NCBI RefSeq assembly: GCF_000315625.1
Contig: NW_005434647.1
Coordinates: forward strand, 522,544-586,543
Source of the DNA: Guillardia theta CCMP2712
Lineage: Eukaryota > Protista > Cryptophyta
DNA: 64,000 nucleotides
Direction: 5' to 3'
The notes below the pieces were generated by a model, which worked only from the letters and a program-made list of their open reading frames with translations, searched no databases and was not told the DNA's origin. This document shows positions 1 through 10,929 of the stretch, piece by piece; position 1 is the stretch's first letter; each line of letters begins with the position of its first letter. Both the position numbers and the translations under genes were made by a program.

Positions 1-877
1 TGCGGCCTGGTGCTGATGCGCCTAAACCCCAGCATTATGCAGTCGCTGCACCTTTCCGCAGCGAGCCCGCGCCGGGGAAGTGCTATGCGTACATAAGTGG
101 CAGGTGAGGGCTGGAGGAGGGAGGGGAAGGAGGAATGGGGCTGCGAGACAACTTGCGACTGGCGTCGATAGTATGGAAGGAGTTCTGGGGTTATGGGCAG
201 AAGGTGAGACGACAATGGGAGAGAGCATGCGCGGCTGAATGATCCATGCAGGAGTATGAAGCTCTCAAGCTGAAGAATGAACAGATGAGGTCACCTCTTG
301 TTGCATGTAAGCATGTAACGCTGCGGGGATTGAGATGTCGGTGCAGACAGAGGCTGAAAGAAATCCAAGAGATGCACAAGAATTTAGACATGTGGATACT
401 TTCTTTCTTTTGATGTTCATCTTGCTAACATCTCAATGTCAATAGCGAAATCGAGCAGAGGCGTGCTCAGATGCTTCAGATGGCGGCTAGCTCTCTCAAG
501 GTAAAACCTCCTTGTTTGCTCGCCCTCAACTCAGAGCCTGTGCAAGGATCTTGATGCAAAGATGAACAAAGATCAGCAGGGTGAGATGTTGTGGCGCAGT
601 CAGCGTATACTAGACAACTGATGATGTTTCTTCGTCAGAAATTTCTCAAACAATGTCCAAAGACCTGGACGACCTGATGTCGAAATTAGAGAAGCATTCT
701 GCAACGTCCGAGGCTGAGCTTCTTCAGCAGATACAGAGTATGGAAATTGAGGTTCCGAGGAGAGGAGAGAAGAGAGACGCTGCTCCGAGTCCAAGTGGTT
801 CAGGGTATCAAGGTGTGAACAAGAAAACCAACTCCCCCAAACAGCCTAACAAAGGGAAGAATGAACTGGCCTCTTGA
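1..877 (+). CDS. 3' part of a multi-exon gene, coiled-coil hypothetical protein (5' end outside window)
   Basis: Short GT-AG introns join EYEALKLKNEQMR / LKEIQEMHKNLD / EIEQRRAQMLQMAASSLK / DLDAKMNKDQQ / EISQTMSKDLDDLMSKLEK...ELAS*, with TGA ending at 877. Confidence 0.55.
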
Positions 878-1984
878 ACGGTGAACTCAATACATTCGTT
901 AAGCGAGTTTCCGTCCCTTGCTACCTCACTCGAGTCGATCTTTTGGCATCTTTCTGGCCTCGTCTCTACCTTGCAAAGTTCTCATCATCCCTTCAAAGAT
1001 TGCTTGCCAGCTGCCTCTTGAGGAGCCATGCTCACAAGCTGCTGCTATCATGAGGATGGCTATGACTGTGCATTCCCAGGAGATGAGCGAACAACACTAG
1101 AGGAGGGTATGGGACAATTTTGCCAAGTCTCAGAGGGTCCGCCCAGGAGAGGGATAGAGCGACGTGGGATGGTAGTGAAAGGACGAGCATCGGGGTAGAG
1201 AAAGACAAGTCAAGTAAGATGAGAGAAGACCACAGTCTGATATCTTGCTGGAGAGATGAAACAAGACTGGAACACTGACAGTCTGATCTTGTTTTGAGTG
1301 CAGTCAGAGCGATCGAGATTGTAGAATCTCAAGCGGCGGAAGCTTCTATCAGCCAGACTGAAAATTGAGGGGTGGGGGGTGGGTAGAAGACTAAATGACA
1401 TGGTGGGTGATCCAGACTTTCTCTCAAAGGTCGCGCCATATTGACCTTTGTACCCACCCAATGAGCATATAAATACACCGGTGTCGCTTGGTTAAATGGG
1501 TCCATTCTAGGGGTAGAAGAAGAAGGGGTGGGGTAGGTCCTCATGGGGTTGTTCCATTTTGATCATCTTCACGTGCGACATGCCAATGTAGCGATGCCGA
1601 TTCATGCAATGCCAAGGACGAAGACATGAGGAGGAGAGGACGAGAGGAGTAGAGGAGTGGAGGAAGAGGTCATACGAGACCAGGCTTGACAAGCAAATGA
1701 ATAGGAAGGCAAGTAGGTTTTAGGAGAGGAGGGAACCTGACAGGACGAGAGAAAGAGAGGGGGATAAGAAAATCGAAGAGATCAGAAGCACAGAAGATGA
1801 CGATGAGAAAATTTTACCATGCACAAGCACAGATTATTGTAGGAGTTTCTCGAAGCATGATTATGAGAGTGAATACTGGGCCAGGATTGACAGGACAGGC
1901 ACACGACCTCTAATCTATACAGACTTGTAACATGTTGCAACTTCTCCATCATTTCTGATCTTCCATTGATCTTATTTTTACAGA

Positions 1985-4183
1985 TGAAGAACCCAATACC
2001 CAGCCAAGAAAAAACAAAAAAGATTGCAGCAGAACAACCCGAGACAACAGGAAAAGAAGAGAAAATCAAACAGAAGAAGCGAAAAAATGAAGAAAATCAA
2101 GGTGAGCCTACCAAGAAGCAGAAGGGGGATGGAACGAAGCTGGTTGTTCTGGACGACAAGGTACAGTACCTCCTGCATGCGCCTCTTCTTGTGACCTCCA
2201 AGTGTATCAGTCCGAAGAGAATCAAGCTGTCGACGGCATCCTGACAGCCCGCAAGTTTGAGGAGCTGAACATCTGCGAGGAGAGCAAGAAGGGGGTAGCC
2301 GATCAAGGCTTCACGTGCATGACGGAGATTCAAGCCAAGACCATTGCTCCCTTGCTCAGTGGCCGTGAGTTGCCTGCAGCTCCCGCGCTCTCCTGCTCCT
2401 TTGACGATCTTGCTGCAGGAGATGTGCTCGCTCAAGCTAAGACTGGCTCCGGCAAAACCCTTGCCTTCCTCCTCCCCTGCATCGAGTTGCTGTAAGCCCG
2501 TCAGCTTGTTTGGCTCCTCTGACCCTCTGCCAGTCATAAGGGTCATTTTGCGCAAAGGAACGGAACTGGAGCAATCGTGCTCGCCCCCACGCGAGAGCTG
2601 GCCCTGCAAACTTACGCTGTGAGCTTTCCCTCCCTCCCTCCCTCCCTCCCTCCCTCCCTCCCTCACTCACTCACTCACTGATTGTTGGGATTGTTGATTG
2701 ACACGAGGCGCTGATGATGCCGTGGGGAGCAGGTTGCGCGCGAAACGATGAAGTATCACAATCACACGCACGGAGTGGTCATGGGAGGAGCGAACAGACG
2801 AGCGGAGGCAGAGAAGCTGGTCAAGGGCGTCAACCTCCTCATCGCTACTCCTGGGTCGAAGGTGCTGCTGCCCGAGGCCTCCTGACGCTCCTGCAGGCGA
2901 CTTCTGGACCACTTGCAGAACACCAAAGGGTTCATATACAAGAACTTGCAAGTGAGAGAAGAAGCAATGGAGAGGAAGGGAGTGAGGGAGAGGAAGGGAG
3001 CGAGGGAGGGGAATGGAGCTAGGGAACTGGTGGAAAGAGGGAAGAAAGAAGGGGGAAAGGAGAAAGAGAGGGAAAGAAGGAACAGGAAGGATGGTGACGC
3101 GTCACGAACGCAGGTTCTTATCATCGATGAAGCGGATCGCATCCTGGAGCAGGGGTTTGAGGACGAGATGAGAGAAATCTTGAAGCTCCTCCCGTCAAAT
3201 CGACAGAGCATGCTCTTCTCAGCCACCCAGACCTCTAAAGTTGAAGACCTGGCCAGGTTGTCTTTGAGAGGAAAGCCAGGTCAGTAGAGGAGGAGGAGGA
3301 GGAGGAGGAGGAGGAGGAGGAGGAGGAGGAGGAGGAGGAGGAGGAGATGTTGAGACTATACATAGTGATCGTGGGATTGGATGAGTCGAAGAGCAGTCAG
3401 CAGCATTCCAACACAGTCCTGTCAAGCACGCAGCAGGGCTACGTGGTTGTCTCGTCAGAGCTGAGGTTCCGATTGCTCTACACCTTCCTAAAGAAGAACT
3501 TGAATAAGAAGGTCAGAAGCAGCTGCCGCAAGATCCTCTCATGCTGCTGCTGCCCGACAAGCTCTGACGGCCCGCAGGTGCTGGTTTTCTTCTCCTCCTG
3601 CAATGCCGTCAAGTTCTACGCGGAGCTTCTCAACTTCGTCGACATTCCAGTGCTTGACCTGCACGGCAAGCAGAAGCAGCAGAAGCGAACCACCACCTTC
3701 TTCGAGTTCTGCAACGCTGAAAAGGGGATCCTCCTCTGTACCGATGTTGCTGCTCGAGGACTCGACATCCCAACGGTCACCCTTCCCCCAGCTCCCTCCC
3801 TTCCTCTCCCTCCTCCTCCTACTCCTCCTCTTCCTCCTCCTCCTCCTCCACTCTCTTCTCTCTTCTCTCTCACCGAATTCTTTCCTTTCCTTTTCCTTCA
3901 CATTTTCCTCCACATGTCTGTCTCGTCTCAAACCTCCGGCAGGTGGACTGGGTCATCCAATTTGACCCCCCAGACGAGCCCAAGGAATACATCCACCGTG
4001 TCGGCAGAACAGCTAGAGGAATCAACACACAAGTACGTCCACCACCACCACCACCTCCTCCTCCTCCTCCTCCTCCTGCTCCTCTTCCTCCTCCTGCTCC
4101 TCCTGCTCCTGCTCCTCCTCCTGGTCCTCCTCCTCCTCCTCCTCCTCCTCCTTCTATTCCACCACCACCACCACATCATCATC

Positions 4184-4229
<46 letters not shown>

Positions 4230-5057
4230 TCTCCTGCTCGTCCTCCTTCTGCTGCTGGTCCTCCTCCCCCTCCTCCTCCTGTAAAGTTTTCCACAGGGAA
4301 GGGCTCTCTTGATGCTACTTCCTCAAGAGCTGCAATTTCTGAAATATCTTCGCCATGCAAATGTGAGTCGTCGATATGTTGTCTTGTGTTAGAAGTCAGA
4401 CTTCCACTCTCAACTTTTCTACTCCCCCATATCCCTCTGATAACCTTCCTCTATCTTAACCTCCCTCCCTTCATCCCTTCTCCTCCCTCTCTTGGTTTCT
4501 GCTTTTCATACTTCGAATTCACATCTCTCTATGATGCTGGCCGCCTGTTTCCTTATCTCTTCACGCAGGTGCAACTGACGGAGTTTGAGTTTCCTCCCCA
4601 CAAGATTGCAAACATCCAGCAGCAACTCGAGAGCTTGATCGCCAAGAACTACTACCTCAATCGCAGCGCCAAGGATGCCTACCGCTCCTACATCTTAGCC
4701 TACGCCTCTCACGGGTGAGCAACGGAGGGCCCGTGCAGGAGCTCACGAGTGCTCAGGCTCAAGAACATCTACGACGTGAAGTCGCTCGACATGCTCGCCG
4801 TCGCCAAGTCCTTCGGCTTCAGCAACCCGCCAAACGTGAGAGAGCAGAGAGCGAGAGAGCAACGTGACGTCTGCATGCAGGTCATGCTCAACTTCGGAGT
4901 CAAGCCATCCGATAGCGTGAGGAAGCGAGGAGGAGGGGGAGGATTTGGCACGGGATACAAGAAAGCCGTCACCAAGAAGAAGACAGGACATGGATTCAGC
5001 GCTGATAACCCTTACGGCATGAGACAACAGAATGACAAGCGACAGTTTGCAAAGTGA
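1985..5057 (+). CDS. HAS1: DEAD-box RNA helicase HAS1/DDX18 (ribosome biogenesis), multi-exon
   Basis: Q motif [94 protein letters not shown] and C-terminal [22 protein letters not shown], which is typical of HAS1. An extra upstream exon cannot be excluded. Confidence 0.95.
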
Positions 5058-5158
5058 ATAAAATGAAACTTGTAAGTGAAGATTCATGTAACACTAAAAC
5101 ACTTTCATACACTTTTATCGCTTTTATTCTCTCAAAACCTCACAAAAATAATATCGCA

Positions 5159-6064
5159 TTAGAAAGGAGGCTGCGAAGTGCCCTGTTCCCTCCTGTTCTC
5201 CTGCTGCTGGGTGGTGTAGGTGTAGGCGGGGTTGGCAGTGTAAGATCCATAAGGGTAGGCGTAGGAGTATCCGTACTGCGGCACAGCAGGGGTAGCAGCG
5301 GTGACTCCAGTCTGGTAGGCGGTGGTTCCAGGGAGGTAGTAGGAGTTGGTGATGGTGGGCTGGTACTCAACCACCTTGTTCACCGTCTGGACCGTGTTAA
5401 CAGTCTGGGTGACGGGGACCTGAACCTGAACGGGCTCCTGGACGGTCTGGTTGGTGTAGGTGGTGACGTTCTGGGTCTCGTAGTCGACCTTGGGGACCTG
5501 GTAGTTCTGGGTCTTGGTCTCGTAGACGGGAACGCGGTAGGGCACAGAGACGTCCTCGTAGACGGTCTTGGGGACCTTGTAGGTCTGGTAGCGAGTCTCG
5601 TAGACCTGCTTGGGGATCTGGATGGTCCTGGTCTCGTACTCAATCTTGGGGACCTGGTACGGCTGCTGGTAGGTCTCCATGACCTGAAACAACAACATAC
5701 ATCAGCGCCCATATCAAGGGGTGTGATGACGTCATAAATAGAGGTTGGCAAAGTTTTCTTCATAGATCATGTATAGAAACAATCATTCTGGACACAACAC
5801 ACAGCTATGCATCCAGGACAAGGAGAATTATCAAAAGAACAAGTTGCAAGACATTTGACTCACCGTCTTGGGAACGCGGACCTGGGAAACCTGAGGAACA
5901 GACACAACCTTGTTGACATAGGTGGTCTGGGGAACCATCACAGTCTGCTGAACAGGGACAGTGTAGGTCTCAGGGATGATGGCGCTCTGGGTGGGGAGGC
6001 CAGCAGTAATGCCAGGGGCAAGGGTCTGGGTTGGGTAGCCGTAGGAAGCGTAGGGCGTTGCCAT
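5159..6064 (-). CDS. Articulin/epiplastin-like V/P/Y/T/Q-rich membrane-skeleton protein (exons 6064-5864 and 5683-5159)
   Basis: MATPYASYGYP...VPQVSQVRVPKT | VMETYQQPYQVPKIEYETRTIQIPKQVYETRYQTYKVPKTVYEDVSVPYRVPVYETK. Roughly 12-aa periodic VPK/VPV-YET repeats with Tyr-rich ends and a canonical GT-AG intron. Confidence 0.7.
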
Positions 6065-8489
6065 GCTGCTGCGATGCTCTTCCGCTCCGCACGAGCCTCT
6101 CTTATACCCACGGGGCACAACACCCCCACCCCCAATCTGTCAGCCCACCCCTTGTTCCTCCGTTTTTTATTCGTACCCCCACCCTCCGAGCATAACGGTT
6201 CCACGGGAAGACCCGAAAGTACTTCTACACCCCTATTATCATTGAAGAAATAAGGGGTGGGCGATCATCTACTGAGCTAAAAGGACCCTCTCACCGTGAA
6301 TACCCCTAAGGTAGCAGTACCATTATTAATTTACCCCTACAAAACTACCCTCGCCCCTCCTCTGCCCTCCTCTTTCCTACCAGGATCTTACGCCTCGACA
6401 ACCTACCCCATCTCGAATGCCGAAGACACTACCCCATCTATTGTACACCCCATTTTTCTGGTACTGTGGAGTACCCTTCTACCCCCTGGTACTCCCTTGA
6501 CAGTAAGGCTCTACCACCCCTTTCAATCAGCCGTTACCGTCTTGGTAATGATCCCCAATAACCCCCACCCCTATTTTCCTAATACGACTCATGGGTCCTC
6601 CTCTCCTCCATGATCCTGCGGATCTTCGTGTTCTCGAAGGACCCCACTACGACCCCTACAGGCATCCCTGGATTCACCACCCCCACCCCCTCTGACAATT
6701 CCAAGAGATGGTAACTTTCAGTGAGACGCACCGGTAATGACCAGACATTTACCGGCTACTAGAGGGGGACTACCCACCCCCTTTTCACGAATCATTTACC
6801 GCTAAATTCACACCCGTAGTGACGTCGGTTACCCGGGGGTAACAATCGTCCGTGTACCCCACCCTCTAATATGACGACGGTCCCTGGGTGGCGCCCCCTT
6901 CCCGTTTGGGGCACCGGGCAGTTACTAAGTCTGATGAGCGGGTGCAGGTTACTGACAGTGAAATCATTGTACTGACCCCCACCCCCATGAGATGACCGTC
7001 TGACCCCGTGGCCCTCCCTATGGGCAACCTCCTTCCAGTACGGCGCCGTACTTTTATCATTCGAGAAGTGGTCCCCTGCCACTCGCAAGGACCCATAGTA
7101 TCTGGATACGGCTTGCCCTAAGAGTAGTACCCACCCCTCAGTCCCGTCCCCTGGTCAGAAGTTTCCCGCCGGGAGCTGCAAGTTGCCGCGAGTTGGTCAG
7201 AGGGGCTGAGAACAGCGCGGCGCCGGGGCCGGCTAGCCTGCACTGATTTGGGGGAAACTAGGGGAATAGTTCCATCGAAAGTTAAAGGCACCGGTACTTT
7301 ACCCTACAATGATACCAGGACCCCTGGGCCTACTAGGCTCACATTCCCGGCCACTGGACTGAGGAGTCCCGCCGGCCCTACTGAGAGTCGCCTACTCCGT
7401 GTAAGTTACAGAACGGCAGCACCGGGTACCCCCCCCATCCGGGGCTCAGGCTGGGGCCCGGAATAGTTCCCTGGCAGCGAAAGTTAAAGGCACCGGTACT
7501 ACCCTACAAAGATACCAGCACCGTGACCCCTCCTAGGCTAGGCCGCTAATTCCCCGCCCGGCGCCCCCCCCGCCCCCCCATCCTCTGGGGGTTCGTCGGC
7601 CCAGCCTCGGCTCCCGCAGGACTTCGGTACCGTGCCGGTTGTCGGCCCTCGGGAGCCGCTGGTGGCACGGCCGGGGGGAAACCTTATCATGCCGTCGCTG
7701 ATCGGATGATTTACAGGCTGAACTCAAGTTTTTCCGCCGTGCCAGGCAGTCACGCCAGGAGGCACGATGGTCAGCAGTGACCGGGTTGAACTACCCCTCC
7801 GAGGCTCCGGGCGACCGTAGGCTGCCAGGCACCGCCGGGCCCGGCCGCCGGGCCGCGCACTGGCGCAGTGCACGCGGCTTGAAGAAGAGAGCCGACCCCC
7901 ACTGAACTTCGGAACTGGAAAGCTTGTTTCCGGTCGCCGCGGCGGCGGACTCAGCCTCCGGGTGCGGCTGACGCCGGGCCTAGTGCTCAGCACGTCCCCC
8001 CAAAGGCCGCCTTTCAGGCTTCCCATCATCGCCCGGCCCGGCACTGCCATGATGGACTCTTGCCCGGACCGTACCGTACTCCGCGGCCGCCCGCCGATGC
8101 GTACGGTCACGTTGCGCTTTCTGTGCCCGGGCCACGCCGGTGACGGTGGCTGGCCGCGGATCCGCGCTCGGTATGCGTCTCATCATTCGGCGGCCGGGCC
8201 GGCCGGCCCGGCCACCGTCGGGACTCGGCTCGGACCTTCGGCGGCGGCCACAGCGCTATAGCGGCTCAGCGCCTGGCATGGCGCGGGGGATCTTCAAGTC
8301 TGAGTCTCGCCGTTCAACGTTTGGCCAGTGCTTGAGTAAAGGCCTGACGGTCCGACAGGGTACGGTCCCGGATCAACTTCCGCCGGGCCGGGCGCCGAGC
8401 ACTCAGCCTCCGGCATCGGAGTCGCCGCACCAGGCCGGGCCGCATCCAAAGCTTGTAACGGATGCGTAACGGTTGTTGGCTCTTCGGCC

Positions 8490-10652
8490 ATGGCTGGCGA
8501 TTACGGCAGTGCAACGGGGGAGGCGATGCATCGATCGCAAGAGAGGGGGGAAGAAAGCCGCCATGCTTGGTCGCGTGAGCTCTCCTCTCCCTCATCCACC
8601 TGCCTCTACAGTCGTGAAGGTCGTTATCTTCTGTTGGTGACCAACCTGGTGCTCGTCGCCGCTGTGCTACTGTCCGTTCCAGCTGTCAGCAGATCCATGT
8701 TGGCCTCATCACCCGCTGCCGTTGACGTCTCGCAGTTGGAGCAAGAGGCGAGCAAGGGCCTCCCGGAGGATCTTGCAAGGACACAAGAGCTGAGTGAGAT
8801 TGCAGAGGGCGGAGGGGGCAGAGGCAGGGTGCAGGAACTGTATGAAACGCCTACGATACATGTAGGAGGTCAAGGTTTCATTTCTAGCGTCGCCCCCGCG
8901 CATGGATGCGGTCCATCAGGATGTACCTCCATGTTTTCTTCTTCAGCTCCCTACACCCATGGCGTCGATCCCTACCCGGCCTCGGCTGCTCGTGCTGCTG
9001 TGGACCAGGAGTTGCCAGCAATCCGAGAGCTGATTCGCAAGGCTTCTGATGACGAGAGCTACAGCGTCGAAGAGGAAGAGAAAGAGATCGATACAGTTGC
9101 AAGCGCTTCCCGTGCAGTGGATAGACAGGTTCGACTAGCAGGCTTGTCAGTCGCTCTGTTCTTGATCTCCATTTTTCTAGATCTCCTCGTTCGACGACGA
9201 CATGCATGATGCAGCGAAGCGAACGAGAGAGCTTGTACCTGACTGACATATTACCGTTCCACCGTTGAATCCCTCCCGACAGGTGCACGAGCTCGAGAGG
9301 GTGAGGAGCATTGGATTGACCGCAGGACCCCCTGGACGGAGAGGCCCCCCTGGTCCACGAGGACAGCCAGGCCCTCAGGGGGTAGGGATACCAGGACCAC
9401 AAGGAGCGATCGGTAGCGCTGACCTTCTACTCGAGTCGAAGATCTTGTAAGCTGCTCCATGCAGGGAACCCCGGGCTTGAGGGGCCACCAGGCCCTGACG
9501 GACCAGAAGGGCTGCAAGGAGCAGGTTGCGCGAGAGGCGTCGCCTCGAAATCAGCTGAGCTGTGTGTAGATGGCCTCGTTGGACTCCCAGGACGGACTGG
9601 ACCACGTGGCAGGAGGGGACGAGCGGGTCTGCCCGGGCGAATGGGCAAGAGAGGACCTCCTGGCAAGCCTGGTTATCCTGGGCCGCAAGGATTGATGGTG
9701 TGTTGTCACCTCGCGAACATCTGTTGTAGCTCATCAGTGAGCAGGGCCCTGCTGGTGTCCCTGGACTGAACGGCAAGCATGGGCCCATGGGACTTCCTGG
9801 TGCTCCCGGCACGCCAGGGCAGGTGAGAGCTGATCCTCCGCCGGGTCGGTTGCGCTCTGATGCCCCCCGACTCACTCCTCGTGTTAGTCCGGTCCGGTGG
9901 GCCCGCGGGGATTCGCCGGCCCTCCAGGCGTCCAAGGGCCCGTGGGCTTGCCTGGTCAGACTCGCTGCCATGGATTCTGAAACTGATTTTGGTTGAAGGC
10001 GCCATCGGACCTGCTGGCATCCCTGGAGTGTGGGGGAGACCTGGGGAGCAGGGAACTGACGGACAAGAAGGGAACGCCGGTAGAGGAGGCCTTGGAGCAA
10101 GGAGATGGGCTAACAACATTGAGCAGGTGCCCCTGGACCTGCAGGATTGTCTGGCAAAGGAGGGCAACGTATGCCTTGAGTTCTTCTTAGAGTCTCGCTG
10201 ACGAACGAATTTCTTGCTGCTCAGCTGGAGTGCCTGGAGTCCCGGGCATGATGGGAGCAATGGGTCCAGCTGGAAACGACGGTGTCAAAGGTGGCCAACA
10301 GCAGCAGCATTCCTTGCATGGCCTTTCTCATGTTCTGCCCACCTCTCAGGTGCGAAGGGCCCTCAGGGTCTTGGACTAGTTGGAGCCACAGGATCGCCGG
10401 GTGTCGCCGGAGTCCCCGGCCGACAAGGAGTGCCCGGCGTACCGGGCAGGAACGGAGTTATGGGAGTGCCTGGAGTGCCGGGCTCTAACGGTAGGAACTT
10501 GGCAAGGTGGAGGGTGAGTGGTCGCCTGACCAGCTGTAGGTATCAACGGATCGCCCGGAGCTGCCGGAGCGCCTGGAGTACCTGGAAGGAACGGACACTC
10601 AGCAGGCTGTAACTATGCTTGCTTGCGTCGCTATGGGCACTGCCACTGCTAG
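8490..10652 (+). CDS. Collagen-like (Gly-X-Y) type II membrane/secreted protein with Cys-rich C-terminal tail, multi-exon
   Basis: N-terminal hydrophobic anchor (YLLLVTNLVLVAAVLLSV) and a helical neck, then about ten short exons that splice into near-continuous G-X-Y (GPPGRRGPPGPRGQPGPQG...GVPGVPGSNGINGSPGAAGAPGVPGRNG). Ends HSAGCNYACLRRYGHCHC* with TAG at 10650-10652. Confidence 0.85.
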
Positions 10653-10807
10653 AGCAGAGAGCGACTTGATGTATCATAAGCGTCTAGAGGCGGGGGAGAA
10701 TGAACAGGATCAGAAACTCGACCATTCATCGTTGAGTGAGGTTTTCTTAACATAAGAGACGAAGGGGAAGTGTTGAAGCCTGAACATGAAGGGCCGGGAA
10801 GAAGAGT

Positions 10808-10890
10808 AGAGATAGATGAAGGTATCAGAGAGAGAGATAGATGAAGGTATCAGAGAGAGAGATAGATGAAGGTATCAGAGATTAGAGATA
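10808..10890. repeat. Minisatellite, about 3 copies of GAGATAGATGAAGGTATCAGAGAGA
   Basis: Direct tandem copies between two convergent stop codons. Confidence 0.85.
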
Positions 10891-10929
10891 GACAGGTTTG
10901 CAGGGGGTCACGGAACGAGGGAGGGAGGG

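Noticed and set aside
3347-4312. 321-aa ORF with poly-Leu/His/Asn
   Set aside because: Read-through of HAS1 exons and microsatellite-filled introns, not a real protein.
5054-5737. 227-aa Val/Gly/Leu-rich plus-strand ORF
   Set aside because: Antisense shadow of the articulin-like exon.
7248-8469. Overlapping Arg/Gly/Pro-rich ORFs in GC-rich cores (also 15946-16871, 25301-25674, 32910-33517)
   Set aside because: They arise from stop-codon scarcity in GC-rich palindromic mosaics and show no domains or splice structure.
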